A stretch of 64,000 nucleotides of DNA. It comes from Corallincola holothuriorum. Its GTDB lineage: Bacteria > Pseudomonadota > Gammaproteobacteria > Enterobacterales > Neiellaceae. How positions within the stretch are numbered: position 1 is the stretch's first letter; each line of letters opens with the position of its first letter. Below, piece by piece: positions 48,273 through 59,095 of this stretch. The notes under the pieces were generated by a model, which was not told the DNA's origin, ran no database searches, and was given only the letters and a program-made list of their open reading frames with translations. A program made the translations under genes and the position numbers. Where the stretch lies: NCBI RefSeq assembly GCF_003336225.1, contig NZ_QPID01000006.1, positions 104,207 through 168,206 of the forward strand. Reading direction: 5' to 3'.

Positions 48273-49046
48273 ATGGCCAACTTAGATAACAAAGTGGTTT
48301 TGGTAACCGGTTCAACAAAAGGGATAGGGTTGGCGATCGCGCAATCCTTTGCTGACAAGGGTTGCCGCGTCATTGTGCATGGCCGAGATGCACAACAGGC
48401 CGCACAGGTTTGCTTGGACATTAAGGGCTATGCGAGCGTAGCTGGTGATCTTAGTAGCGCGAATGCATGTGACGAGGTGTTACAGCAACTATCTCATTTA
48501 GATGATGTTGAGTATTTAGTAAATAATGCCGGTATTTTTAGTGTGGCGGATTTTTTTGCCATTGATGACGATGAGTGGCTGCGTTACTACCAAACCAATG
48601 TGCTTAGCGTTGTGCGTCTTTGCCGGGCGCTGATGCCAGGTATGTTGGCGCGCGACAGTGGTGGGATCATTAATGTGGCGAGCGAAGCTGGCTATAAACC
48701 GTTACCGCAGATGATCCATTACTCCGTGAGTAAGACGGCGCTGACAGGCTTATCTCGTGGACTTGCAGAGTTGACTAAAGGGACCAACGTTACCGTCAAC
48801 ACGCTATTGCCGGGGCCAACTTGGACGGCTGGGGTGGAGGAGTACTTTGCAGGCCTAGCAAAAGAGGAGGGCAGGCCACTAGATGAACTGGTGGAAAACT
48901 ACTTCCAGGAACATGAGCCGAACTCGTTGATCCAGCGGTTTATTACCATTGAAGAGGTGGCCGATGCTGCCGTTTTTGTTGCTGGGAATGGTGCGGTTAA
49001 TGGCAGTGCACTAAGAGTTGAGGGCGGGATTATTCGCTCGATATAA
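48273..49046 (+). CDS. SDR-family (short-chain dehydrogenase/reductase) oxidoreductase
   Basis: GGAGA Shine-Dalgarno before the ATG at 48273; the track starts at the TTG at 48258. [12 protein letters not shown] Rossmann motif, NNAG, and YSVSK catalytic YxxxK. Confidence 0.85.
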   Translation: MANLDNKVVLVTGSTKGIGLAIAQSFADKGCRVIVHGRDAQQAAQVCLDIKGYASVAGDLSSANACDEVLQQLSHLDDVEYLVNNAGIFSVADFFAIDDDEWLRYYQTNVLSVVRLCRALMPGMLARDSGGIINVASEAGYKPLPQMIHYSVSKTALTGLSRGLAELTKGTNVTVNTLLPGPTWTAGVEEYFAGLAKEEGRPLDELVENYFQEHEPNSLIQRFITIEEVADAAVFVAGNGAVNGSALRVEGGIIRSI

Positions 49047-49062
49047 GACGTTTGATATAAGG

Positions 49063-49096
49063 ATCCAAACAGGCACCGATAAGGTGCCTTTTGGAT
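49063..49096. terminator. Bidirectional terminator hairpin between the convergent SDR and satP genes
   Basis: atccaaacaggcacc-gataa-ggtgccttttggat forms a 14-bp interrupted stem, flanked by T-runs on both strands. Confidence 0.7.
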
Positions 49097-49110
49097 TGAC
49101 TTAGCAGCTT

Positions 49111-49707
49111 TTATGCGGCCACTTTCAACTGGATTGGCGCGCTGAGCTTGTGCTCGCCAATAGGTAATACAGTGCGTCCATATTGCTCATTGATCACGGT
49201 CGCCATTGCCAGATAGATTGCGCTAGCGCCACATAAAATACCTTCGTAGCCAGCAATCGTGCCTATCACGGCGCTGCCGGTGAAATCGCGGAGCGCCAAC
49301 AAGAAGAACAGCAGCGTTAATGATGCAAAGACAAACTGTTTAACCCGTGGAAATTTGACTGTGCCTGCCAACATAAACAGGGTAAATATGCCCCACATCA
49401 GCAGGTAAAATCCCATGTAGGCTTGGGGCGTTGCTTCAGCGATACCCATTTCAGGCAAGACCAGAAGCAGTACCAAACTCCACCAAAAAGTACCGTAAGA
49501 GATAAAGGCGGTAACGCCAAAGGTGTTACCGCGTTTGTATTCCATGACGCCAGCGATGATTTGAGCTAAACCGCCGTAACAGAGCCCCATGGCCAGGATC
49601 ATGGCGCTAATAGGAAAAAAACCTGCATTGTGGATATTTAGTAAGATAGTGGTCATGCCAAAGCCCATAAGGCCTAATGGGGCTGGATTCGCCAACTTTT
49701 CGGTCAC
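49111..49707 (-). CDS. satP: Succinate-acetate/proton symporter SatP (GPR1/FUN34/YaaH family)
   Basis: [21 protein letters not shown] matches the YaaH N-terminal motif. 6 TM helices. Confidence 0.8.
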   Translation of the reverse strand: MTEKLANPAPLGLMGFGMTTILLNIHNAGFFPISAMILAMGLCYGGLAQIIAGVMEYKRGNTFGVTAFISYGTFWWSLVLLLVLPEMGIAEATPQAYMGFYLLMWGIFTLFMLAGTVKFPRVKQFVFASLTLLFFLLALRDFTGSAVIGTIAGYEGILCGASAIYLAMATVINEQYGRTVLPIGEHKLSAPIQLKVAA

Positions 49708-49931
49708 GTACGTTACTCCGAGGGAGGGAGGTAATTAAGGAGGCGCGATTGTAGTCGTGTGACATAGGTCACACAAGCTTTGTATTACATTGGCAAATGT
49801 CAGCGAACAAAACATAGCCAAGATCGCTTATTAATAATTGAGATAGCTTTGCGAACTCGTTCTGCCGCCATAAATTTGCAGTTTATCGAGTGGATGTTAA
49901 CCAAGCTTTATTTGCTCATGGGGCTGTTTTA

Positions 49932-52900
49932 TTACCATTGATTGTGCATATTGTGGAGTGCGGAGTGCATCAGCTCGTCATCGTTGACTTGGTTATCTAA
50001 GTGGTCGACCGGCTGCTCACCCATCGTGGCATCATCAAGTTTATGCTGGTGTTCATCCTGCAAGGGGTTTTCAAACGCGTCTGTAGGCTGGGTATCAAAC
50101 ATCTCTGCATCTTGGTTAATCTGTGTTGCTGCCATATCAGGTAAATCAGTGGCCAATGGTGTCTCAGATGCTGTCGTAATATCCGTCTGACTTATACCAA
50201 CCATTTGTAAATAGTGATCGATGGGCGAACTTGCTTCTGAAGGACTAATCGGAGCTGTATGTGTATGTGACGGCTGAGCGGGAGGTGTTTCATCGGCAGC
50301 GCCAATATCTGATACTACATGGTCAAATGATGATTCATCTTCTGTGATGCTGGCGCTAAAAGCCTGTATGTCGTCCGGTGCGTCGTGCATCTCAGCAGCC
50401 GGTGGCGGAGCCACCGAAGTGTCAGGTGTGACGGTCATAGCAACAAGATGAGTAGAGGTTTGATTGTGACCACTATGGCCATGAACATAGGTCACATCCA
50501 GATTCACTTTAACATCCACATTTGATGCATGTACATCGTGATAAACAACTTGAAACACATCATGATGCTCTTCTGATACTGTTTGCCCTGCCCAATGGGT
50601 GCCTCCTGCTGCTTTATTGCCAGGAGCTGGCGCTTGGCTATAAACATAGTCAACGTGACCAGTATCTGGGTCGATAGTTAAGGTGCCATATTGGCCGTGT
50701 AGGCTAGTAGAGGTATGACCTTTTCCATCACTAATCGCCCAACCACCACTGGGTAAATGAGGGGTGAGTTGTTGTATTAACGGTGGTACAACCAAATCGC
50801 CAGATATGTGCGAGCCAATACTGCCACCGCCCGTAGGTGTGGGTGGTGCTTTAAAGCTCAAGCTCGGTACAGGATTAGCGCTATCACCAACAAAAAGCGG
50901 ACTGTGTATTGATGCTAGATTACCCGCAAGATCCTGAACTGACGCGGTAACATCAACGGTGCCTCCCGGCAGAGCCTGCACCTCTGCTGCAGTTAAAGAA
51001 GTACTCCAAGCACCATGAGCCACTGCAGCTTGGTAGTGATGACCGCCAATGGAGACTGTAACTGTTTGTCCATCTTCAACCCCAGACACAGTACCGGTTA
51101 TATCAATGGTTTGGTGGTGTTCACTCGCTTCAATAATATTGTCGCCGGAAATGGGGTTAACCCGAATGCTTGCGCCTGTATCTATGCTGTAGTGATGGTT
51201 ATCTGTCGCGGTGGCACTGTTTCCGGCTTCATCGGTTATAGTGATTGATGCCATGATATTGGTGTGACTGCCCAGTTGGTCGGCGGGAACGTCAATAGAG
51301 AATTGATGATTAGCATCAACTGCACCGGTGTATGTGCGTGCCCCCAGCGTAAGGGTAACCTTATCTCCTACATTGACCTCGCTGCTCACTGTCCCAGTGA
51401 CCGCTAGATTAGCGCTGAGCTCTGTTTGATTAAGCACGTTATCGGCGGTAACAGGATCAAGACTAATATGTGGCGAAGGTGATTGGGTGTCTAGGGTGAA
51501 ACTAAGACTGCTGGCTGCTGAAGCATGCCCAGCACCATCAGTCTGTCTTACCTGTAGCTGATTCACCCCTTCAATTGGCGAAAATTGGGTACTCCAATTT
51601 TTGCCGCCGTCAATAGAATACTCTACCTGCATTCCCGCTGTTTGGCCTGAGATGCTAAGCGTCCCATCCTGAGTGACTAAATCTGTAGCCGAGCTACCGG
51701 TATCATTTGCCAGTGCTACCGTTAACGGTGCAATAATGGGAGGCTGGTATGGATCTATATGAATACTCAAGGTGTTCTGGCTATTATCCGCATAATCACC
51801 GTGCGTGTCTGTTACTCGATAGATAAGAGAAGGCACTTGCCCACTAAAAGAGTTGTTTGGAGTAAAGCTGTAGTCGCCATTGGCTGAAATCGCAATCATC
51901 CCAACACCGCTAATGTTGTGAGTTTGCCCCGCTTGAACCGTCACGTAGTGCTGCGTTACAGGATCTTTATACTGCACATCATGAAGCTCTAAGTGTGCAC
52001 CATCATCCACATCTGTTGCGCCTTGGAGTAGATTCCCTGTAACCGGGCCATTGTTTTGTGGCGAATGCGGGCTAAAGCTGTGAATAATCGGTTTGTCGCT
52101 GGTGCCAGTGATAACTACTCGTGCTTGCTGCTGCGAGGCTTGTAGGTTGCTGCCCGCGCTTTGTTGTAACTGATACTTAATGTCAATGGTTGAGGCAATG
52201 CCGTTAGCTAAGTGGTTGTAGCTATTGTGGGCGGGGTCGACCTGCAAGGTATGCCCATCTCTGGCAAGCATAAAACCATCGGGCACCCGATTAGAAAAGT
52301 GGATACCGTCAGTTGAAAATTGCAATTGGCTCACGCCCGTAGCATTAAGCCCGCCAAAGAGATCGAGTGAATGCTGTGCTTCCCCTTCGTTGAGGCTGAG
52401 GCTAGGGCGATCATCATGGCCGTGAACTTGAATGTTGATGGTGTGGCTAGCGGTGCCGTCGGGTGAACTAAAGGTAAAGCTATCGGTGACAATTTGGCCT
52501 GCCTTTAAGGCATTGGTTGCGGCTAAGTTGTTGTTTAGGCTATATGCCCAGTGGCCATCTGCTTCTAAATTTATTTCACCATATTGCCCCAGTAAATGAG
52601 CTTGTGGCACAAAGTTGGCTTCGCCACTATCGACATCGGTCAGTGCCAGCAGCCCCGTAAGGCGGTTTGTAGCGCTATCTTCGAATATATTGACGTTCGA
52701 TGATGCTTGTGACTGACCATTGATATGGGCCGCATCATTCACCGCCATTAAGGTTGTACTTGCGCTGGTATGGGTAACACCGCCATGACGATCGGTGACG
52801 TCATAACTAAAGTGAACATCGCCGTTAAAGTCTTTCTCAGGGGTAAAGGTGAAGCTGCCATCGGCATTGGTGCTGATTGTCCCATGATCGGCTGTTAAGT

Positions 52901-55900
52901 GGGTGGCTCTTAGCCAGCCTTGATCGTTGCGGTCACTATCACTGGCATGGGCTAACAAATCCTGTTGGGTTAATATAACCTGCTTGTCTTCACTGCCTTG
53001 GCTAAGTACTAGGCCGCTTTTAACGGTTGGCGCGTCGTTACTACCGTGAACAACAACAGTCACTGTCTTGGTGATTCGGCTCCCATCGGTTGATATAGCC
53101 TCAATGGTGAAGTGTTCGTTCCATTTATCACCTTGCCCTAATACTCCTGCTTTTGACTCATCGACAACGTAGTGCCAGTGGCCATCGGTATCAACTGAAA
53201 ATTCACCATATTTGCCAGCAGTTTGGGTAATGGCCCAGCTCACTGAATCATGAGTATCACTATCATGGGCCTGTAGCTGACCACTGACTTGTGCGCCTGT
53301 TGATTGATGCTCAATCACATCGCCAAGATGATTGGGGGCATCAATAATTACATGATCTTCTGTGCCTTTTATCTCTACAGACAGTGCTTGGCGGGTGCCG
53401 TCTGGCGCAACTAAAGTGATACTTTCGTGTAAAGATTCCCCTTCTTTTAAACCTTGAATCGATGGGTTGCGATTATCACCGTTATACAACCAAACTAGCT
53501 CGCCCTTGTGCGGGCCATGAGAATATATTGTTAGTTCGAACTTGCCATAATTGGTTTGGATATCAAGAGGCGACCCGACTTGCCAAGTAACAGTTTTCCC
53601 ACCAAACTCAATGTCGATTTGATCAACCTTACTGTCTGTATCCGTAATCGTTAGTTGATGCCATTGGGTACCAGCAAAACGGCTGCCACCAAAGTTGCCA
53701 TAAGAGTTGGCACCAGGGTCAACATCTTCTTTAGCAAAATCTGTGGTTATGCCAGCAAATACTGTGTGATCATCTACAGCAGTCAAGCTAGTGGATGCAC
53801 CAGTGTGAGTGATACCACCGTGGGCATCTTTCACGTCATAGGTGAAATGAACTTGGCCGTTATAATCTTTCTCTGGTGTAAAGGTGAAACTGCCGTCTTG
53901 ATTATGCTTAATGGAACCGTGGTCGGCATGCAGGTTCTCAATGCTCAGCAGCCCAGCATCATTGTTATCTACATCAACCGTGTTTTGCAGCAGTTGCGCG
54001 ACTGTAATGGTTTGGCGAGTATCTTCAGTGCCTGCATTCAGTTGCACTTCTGACGAACAATAGGGGCGATCATTACTGCCATGAATGGTGATGACAATAT
54101 CGTGAGATGTGCCATCTTTTGAATAAACGGTCACAGTATCAGTCAGGGTTTCTCCTTTGCCAAGATGATCAATTGCGGTGCCCCTATTTGTTGCATGGCC
54201 ACCTTTCCCACGGATGTTTCCAGCATCAGCATAATAGGACCACGTACCATCTTCTCGCAGTAACAAATCGCCATATTTACCGACATAATTGTATCCGACG
54301 CCATGAGAATCAAATGCAGATTCATCTGTATCAACATCAGTAATAGTTAGCGCACCACTGGCATAAAGAGGACTATTACCTAAATGACTCATACCAGGTT
54401 GAGCATAATCAGGGGACATATCTCGACCTGCAGTACCTTCGATGACATCCCCCGTATCAACCCCACCTATGACAGCGGCATTATTAACTCCAGTAATACT
54501 AATAGTAAGGTTTTGCGTAGAGCTGGCATTATGCTCATCGGTTACAGTGACCGGGATGGTAAGGGTTTTTGTGACGCCAGATGCTAAGGATTGATAACTT
54601 GAGTTGCTCGGATCGAAGCTATAGCTGCCATCAGTGTTAAATATCAGTCCATCAATTTTGGGGGTTGAGTAATGCAGTGTTGCGCCAGTATCAATATCTT
54701 GCCCACGCATTTGCCCATATATGAGGGCACCACCTTCAATAACCGTATGCGACTGTGCAGCAATCGTGGGTCTGTCATTTGTACCGTGAACCGTCATTTC
54801 AATGGTATGGGTGGTGCCATCCGCTGAGCGAATAACAACCGAGTCTTTTATCGCTTCTCCCTCTGCGAGGTGTTGAATATTTCGATTGTCCAAGGTGTAG
54901 GTGTAATGACCATTTTGCATTAGCACCACATGGCCGCCTAGCTTAGTGTCATAACCAATACCTTGGTTGGTTTGCGGGCCAATATTTGGATCAAATTTAG
55001 CTTCACCGGCATCTGGGTCTTGGATGTTCAGTTGGCCGTTATAATTCAGTTTATAGTGAGTATCGATATAGCCGCGATCTTCAGTGACACCCCGTAAGTT
55101 CGGGTTTGTTTGGGCGTCGGTAATAACTGCATTATCGGGAGATGCTGCTAGGTCAAATTTGGCTTGGGTACTAACATTGCCACCTTGCCCATCTACTACG
55201 TTATAGCTCAAGCGAACTTCACCATTAAAATCCTTATCTGGAGTGAAGGTGTAGCTGCCATCGTTATTGTTTATGAGGTGGCCATGGGAGGCTTGCAAGT
55301 TCTCGACTCGCAGAGTATCAGTGGTATCAATATCGCTTGCGTGTCTGAGTAGATCTGCGATTTGAATTATGACAGGTTTGTCTTCTGTTCCGGCTGCTAG
55401 TTGAGCCCAAGCAGTGACAATAGGCTTATCATTACTCCCCGTTACATCAACAACAACTTTATGTGGTACAGCCACTCCTGATGAGTCGGTTGCCGTTACC
55501 CAAAATGTCTCTTGTTGCTGTTGACCTGCAGCCAGCTTGTCTGTCGTGCCACCTGTTGAATTATCTAACTGATAACGCCAGTTTCCTTGCTGATCGATTG
55601 ATAAATTACCAAATTGACCTTGACCTTGAGGTTGGCTAATCGCCCATTGAATACTGTCAGTTGAGTCAAGATCAGTCGCAATAAGGGTGCCAGTCGCATT
55701 CGCTTTCCCAGTAATATTTTCTCCCTGTTCAATAACGTTTCCTGAGGATACTCCTGAAATAACGGGTAAGTCGTTAGAGCCGTTAATGGTGACAGTGATC
55801 TTTTGCTCGGTGCCATCAGCAGAGTGGACTAGCAGCGTGTCGGTGAGTGACTCACCGCTCTTAAGGCCTTGAATAGCAGTCTGAGAATTGTCAGCTGTGT

Positions 55901-58900
55901 AGGTCCAATGACCCAATTGGTTAATCGACAAGGTGCCAAATTGGCCTTGCAATACACCTGCTTGGAATTGGTTTTCTCCAGCGTCAACATCAGTGACCGT
56001 CAGCGCCCCATCAACGCGAAGTAGGCCATTATGAACCTCTTTGTCTTCAGTGAGCGAGGCCGTGGCTGTGCCAGCAATCACGGCTTTATCGTCGGTGCCG
56101 TTAATCGTCACTGTGATTTTCTGTTCAGTGCCGTCAACACTATGAACAATTAGAGTATCGGTAACTGACTCTCCGTTTTTTAACCCTTGAATGGTCGCTT
56201 GTGAATTATCCGCAGTGTAAGTCCAGTGACCTAATTCATTGATTGAAAGAGTACCAAACTGACCTTGCAACGAGGTAGCAGCGAATTGGTTTTGGTCTGC
56301 ATCGGCGTCAGTGATAGTCAGCGCCCCATCAACACGAAGTTGACCACCATGAACGTCTTTATCTTCAGTCAGGCTTGCGGTGCTGGTGCCTGCTATCACG
56401 GCTTTATCATCAGTGCCGTTAATGGTTACTGACACTTGTTGTGAAGTACCATCAACCGAGTGCACAACGAGTGTATCTGTAACAGATTCACCTGTTTTTA
56501 AACCTTGAATAGTCGCTTGTGAATTTTCGGCGGTGTAAGTCCAATGACCTAATTCATTGATTGAAAGAGTACCAAACTGCCCTTGCAATGAGGTCGCGGT
56601 AAATTGTGCCTGACCATTATCCGCATCCGTTACCGTCAGCGCCCCATCGAATCGAAGCTGCCCCTGATGAACGTCTTTCTCTTCAGTTAAACTTGCTGTT
56701 GCTGTGCCAGCAATCACGGCTTTATCATCAGTGCCGTTAATAGTGACAGTGACTTGTTGTTCAGTGCCATCCACAGAATGAACCAGCAGGGTATCAGTTA
56801 CTGACTCTCCGGTTGTTAAGCCTTGAATCGTGGCTTGTGAGTTATCGGCTGTGTAGGTCCAATGACCTAAGTTATTGATGGTCAGTGTTCCGAATTGACC
56901 TTGCAGGGTTTCTGCGCTGAACTGAGCTTGGCCGTTATCGCTATCAGTAATGGTCAGGGCACCATCCACGCGCAATTGACCCACATGAACGTCTTTATCT
57001 TCAGTGAGCGAGGCCGTTGATGTGCCAGCAATCACGGCTTTATCGTCGGTGCCGTTAATCGTCACTGTGATTTTCTGTTCAGTGCCATCGACGCTGTGAA
57101 CAACTAGAGTGTCAGTTAAGGCTTCACCGGTTTTTAAGCCTTGAATAGCCGTTTGTGAATTATCCGCAGTGTAAGTCCAATGACCTAATTCATTGATTGA
57201 AAGAGTACCAAACTGCCCTTGTAATGAGGTCGCGGTAAATTGTGCCTGACCACTATCCGCATCCGTTACCGTCAGCGCCCCATCGACACGTAGCTGCCCA
57301 CTATGAACCTCTTTATCTTCGGTAAGACTCGCGGTTGCAGTACCACCTATCACCGCTTTATCGTCGGTGCCATCAATCGTGACAGAGATTTTTTGCTCGG
57401 TGCCATCAACGGAGTGCACCAGTAACGTGTCGGTGAGTGACTCTCTGCTTTTAAGGCCTTGGATCGTAGGCTGAGAATTATCAGCGGTGTAGGTCCAATG
57501 ACCCAGATTATTGATACTCAGCGTACCGAACTGGCCTTGCAATACTTCTGCTTGGAATTGGTTTTCTCCAGCATCAACATCAGTGACAGTCAGCGCACCA
57601 TCAACGCGAAGTAGGCCATTATGAATCTCTTTATCTTCCGTGAGACTGGCGGTGCTGGTGCCAGCGATTTCGGCTTTGTCATCAGTCCCGTTAATGGTGA
57701 CAGTGATTTTTTGCTCAGTGCCATCAACGGAGTGCACCAGTAATGTGTCGGTGAGTGACTCACCGGTTTTTAGCCCTTGAATTGAACTTTGTGAGTTGTC
57801 TGCGGTGTAGATCCAATGACCTAATTGATTAATCGACAAGGTACCAAATTGGCCTTGCAAAGATGTTGCTTGGAACTGGGCTTCGCCGTTGTCTGCGTCA
57901 GTGATTGTTAACGCACCATCAACGCGAATTAGGCCATTATGAACCTCTTTATCTTCAATTAAACTTGCTGTTGCTGTGCCAGCAATCACGGCTTTATCGT
58001 CGGTACCGTTAATCGTCACAGTGATTTTTTGTTCAGTGCCATCAACGGAGTGCACCAGCAATGTGTCGGTGAGTGACTCACCGCTTTTAAGGCCTTGGAT
58101 CGTAGGCTGAGAATTATCGGCGGTGTAGATCCAGTGACCCTGATTATTGATACTCAGCGTACCAAGATGGCCTTGTATTGAGGTCGCCGTAAATCGATCT
58201 TGCCCTGTGTCAGGAGATATAACATCGAGCTGACCCGAAGTGTGAAGCAGCCCGTTAGTAAGCTCCTTGTCTTCGGTGATTGAACCTGATTTAACGCCCG
58301 ATATGACAGAATTGTGCTGTGCTGGCGAAGGAATTAATGGTGCCCCTAGGGGATCTTTTTCGCTTGAAGAGCCGGTTTGAGTGACGCTAGTATGGCCATC
58401 CGTTGGCGGGATATGGCCTTTTCCAAGCATCTGTTCTTTCGTATTTGTGTTTGTTGCTTGACCTTGGGGAGGATTAGTATGTGGCCCGGAATTATCCGGC
58501 GCTTTAACCGTTTTTTGACGAATAAACGTGGCTGCATTGTTCTCTTGCGCTGTTTTTGCGACGGATATATCAGGTGCTGTAGTAACTGGGGGTATATGAG
58601 TGTCTGTCGGTATTATGTTGCCATGGGTACCATGATACCTGACTGTACCACTACTTTTGGTCGGCGCTTCAGGCGCGTTATCGATCGACTGTTGTTGCTC
58701 TGATCCGCCTTCTGACTCTCTGCTTTGAATTGCCTTCTGCTCAACATTTGCGATGTTAATGTTAGTCTGCGCTTGTTTTTCCGCAGGATCTTCTAGTAAC
58801 TGCTCTGGAGCAGATTGCTCATTTTGTGAGCTTACAGGAGCAGCTTTTGATTTCGCCGCTACGAGGTCTTCGTTGTCGCCGGTAGTTTTTAGTTCCTTAT

Positions 58901-59087
58901 CTCTAAGCTCTTTGGCTTTTAAGCGCTTCACATCCTTATCGATCTGCTTGGACTTTTGAAACGCCTTGCGTGTTGATTTTTTGCCATGTAATGACGTTTG
59001 TTCCATCTGGCTTTGATCGTTTGCGTCAGGAACTGATAGGCCTAGGGTATGAGGTTGTTTGTTATCTTTGTCTGACTTGGTCATCAA
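49932..59087 (-). CDS. Giant type-I-secreted repeat adhesin (3051 aa; BpfA/LapA-like, with tandem Ig/cadherin-like ~105 aa repeats and an acidic C-terminal secretion region)
   Basis: Lys-rich N-terminus. At least 8 near-identical repeats (LLVHSVDGTEQKITVTINGTDDKAVIAGTATASLTEDKEVHNG...GQFGTLSINQLGHWTYTADNSQ), diverged Big-like domains, and a Thr/Asp/His-rich C-terminus. HlyD and ABC genes lie directly upstream. Confidence 0.85.
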   Translation of the reverse strand: MMTKSDKDNKQPHTLGLSVPDANDQSQMEQTSLHGKKSTRKAFQKSKQIDKDVKRLKAKELRDKELKTTGDNEDLVAAKSKAAPVSSQNEQSAPEQLLEDPAEKQAQTNINIANVEQKAIQSRESEGGSEQQQSIDNAPEAPTKSSGTVRYHGTHGNIIPTDTHIPPVTTAPDISVAKTAQENNAATFIRQKTVKAPDNSGPHTNPPQGQATNTNTKEQMLGKGHIPPTDGHTSVTQTGSSSEKDPLGAPLIPSPAQHNSVISGVKSGSITEDKELTNGLLHTSGQLDVISPDTGQDRFTATSIQGHLGTLSINNQGHWIYTADNSQPTIQGLKSGESLTDTLLVHSVDGTEQKITVTINGTDDKAVIAGTATASLIEDKEVHNGLIRVDGALTITDADNGEAQFQATSLQGQFGTLSINQLGHWIYTADNSQSSIQGLKTGESLTDTLLVHSVDGTEQKITVTINGTDDKAEIAGTSTASLTEDKEIHNGLLRVDGALTVTDVDAGENQFQAEVLQGQFGTLSINNLGHWTYTADNSQPTIQGLKSRESLTDTLLVHSVDGTEQKISVTIDGTDDKAVIGGTATASLTEDKEVHSGQLRVDGALTVTDADSGQAQFTATSLQGQFGTLSINELGHWTYTADNSQTAIQGLKTGEALTDTLVVHSVDGTEQKITVTINGTDDKAVIAGTSTASLTEDKDVHVGQLRVDGALTITDSDNGQAQFSAETLQGQFGTLTINNLGHWTYTADNSQATIQGLTTGESVTDTLLVHSVDGTEQQVTVTINGTDDKAVIAGTATASLTEEKDVHQGQLRFDGALTVTDADNGQAQFTATSLQGQFGTLSINELGHWTYTAENSQATIQGLKTGESVTDTLVVHSVDGTSQQVSVTINGTDDKAVIAGTSTASLTEDKDVHGGQLRVDGALTITDADADQNQFAATSLQGQFGTLSINELGHWTYTADNSQATIQGLKNGESVTDTLIVHSVDGTEQKITVTINGTDDKAVIAGTATASLTEDKEVHNGLLRVDGALTVTDVDAGENQFQAGVLQGQFGTLSINQLGHWTYTADNSQTAIQGLKSGESLTDTLLVHSADGTEQKITVTINGSNDLPVISGVSSGNVIEQGENITGKANATGTLIATDLDSTDSIQWAISQPQGQGQFGNLSIDQQGNWRYQLDNSTGGTTDKLAAGQQQQETFWVTATDSSGVAVPHKVVVDVTGSNDKPIVTAWAQLAAGTEDKPVIIQIADLLRHASDIDTTDTLRVENLQASHGHLINNNDGSYTFTPDKDFNGEVRLSYNVVDGQGGNVSTQAKFDLAASPDNAVITDAQTNPNLRGVTEDRGYIDTHYKLNYNGQLNIQDPDAGEAKFDPNIGPQTNQGIGYDTKLGGHVVLMQNGHYTYTLDNRNIQHLAEGEAIKDSVVIRSADGTTHTIEMTVHGTNDRPTIAAQSHTVIEGGALIYGQMRGQDIDTGATLHYSTPKIDGLIFNTDGSYSFDPSNSSYQSLASGVTKTLTIPVTVTDEHNASSTQNLTISITGVNNAAVIGGVDTGDVIEGTAGRDMSPDYAQPGMSHLGNSPLYASGALTITDVDTDESAFDSHGVGYNYVGKYGDLLLREDGTWSYYADAGNIRGKGGHATNRGTAIDHLGKGETLTDTVTVYSKDGTSHDIVITIHGSNDRPYCSSEVQLNAGTEDTRQTITVAQLLQNTVDVDNNDAGLLSIENLHADHGSIKHNQDGSFTFTPEKDYNGQVHFTYDVKDAHGGITHTGASTSLTAVDDHTVFAGITTDFAKEDVDPGANSYGNFGGSRFAGTQWHQLTITDTDSKVDQIDIEFGGKTVTWQVGSPLDIQTNYGKFELTIYSHGPHKGELVWLYNGDNRNPSIQGLKEGESLHESITLVAPDGTRQALSVEIKGTEDHVIIDAPNHLGDVIEHQSTGAQVSGQLQAHDSDTHDSVSWAITQTAGKYGEFSVDTDGHWHYVVDESKAGVLGQGDKWNEHFTIEAISTDGSRITKTVTVVVHGSNDAPTVKSGLVLSQGSEDKQVILTQQDLLAHASDSDRNDQGWLRATHLTADHGTISTNADGSFTFTPEKDFNGDVHFSYDVTDRHGGVTHTSASTTLMAVNDAAHINGQSQASSNVNIFEDSATNRLTGLLALTDVDSGEANFVPQAHLLGQYGEINLEADGHWAYSLNNNLAATNALKAGQIVTDSFTFSSPDGTASHTINIQVHGHDDRPSLSLNEGEAQHSLDLFGGLNATGVSQLQFSTDGIHFSNRVPDGFMLARDGHTLQVDPAHNSYNHLANGIASTIDIKYQLQQSAGSNLQASQQQARVVITGTSDKPIIHSFSPHSPQNNGPVTGNLLQGATDVDDGAHLELHDVQYKDPVTQHYVTVQAGQTHNISGVGMIAISANGDYSFTPNNSFSGQVPSLIYRVTDTHGDYADNSQNTLSIHIDPYQPPIIAPLTVALANDTGSSATDLVTQDGTLSISGQTAGMQVEYSIDGGKNWSTQFSPIEGVNQLQVRQTDGAGHASAASSLSFTLDTQSPSPHISLDPVTADNVLNQTELSANLAVTGTVSSEVNVGDKVTLTLGARTYTGAVDANHQFSIDVPADQLGSHTNIMASITITDEAGNSATATDNHHYSIDTGASIRVNPISGDNIIEASEHHQTIDITGTVSGVEDGQTVTVSIGGHHYQAAVAHGAWSTSLTAAEVQALPGGTVDVTASVQDLAGNLASIHSPLFVGDSANPVPSLSFKAPPTPTGGGSIGSHISGDLVVPPLIQQLTPHLPSGGWAISDGKGHTSTSLHGQYGTLTIDPDTGHVDYVYSQAPAPGNKAAGGTHWAGQTVSEEHHDVFQVVYHDVHASNVDVKVNLDVTYVHGHSGHNQTSTHLVAMTVTPDTSVAPPPAAEMHDAPDDIQAFSASITEDESSFDHVVSDIGAADETPPAQPSHTHTAPISPSEASSPIDHYLQMVGISQTDITTASETPLATDLPDMAATQINQDAEMFDTQPTDAFENPLQDEHQHKLDDATMGEQPVDHLDNQVNDDELMHSALHNMHNQW
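55750..58200 (-). repeat. Eight near-identical tandem coding repeats, period ~315-320 nt, inside the adhesin gene
   Basis: Recurrent gtgccatcaacggagtgcaccag...gtgtcggtgagtgactcacc blocks at about 55815, 56135, 56450, 56780, 57095, 57410, 57730 and 58050. More diverged copies flank them. Confidence 0.8.
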
Positions 59088-59095
59088 ATATCCTC

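Noticed and set aside
49942-55872. Several plus-strand ORFs of 60-130 aa (for example 49942..50190, 53655..54053, 54107..54343) inside the adhesin gene
   Set aside because: They are antisense to a 9 kb gene whose repeat structure and T1SS context are coherent. They have no RBS and show low-complexity translations. These are frame artefacts of repetitive coding DNA.
55750-58200. Possible CRISPR array, because of the regular ~318 nt periodic repeats
   Set aside because: The period is about ten times too long. There are no short unique spacers. The repeats are in-frame coding units of the adhesin. No cas genes are present.
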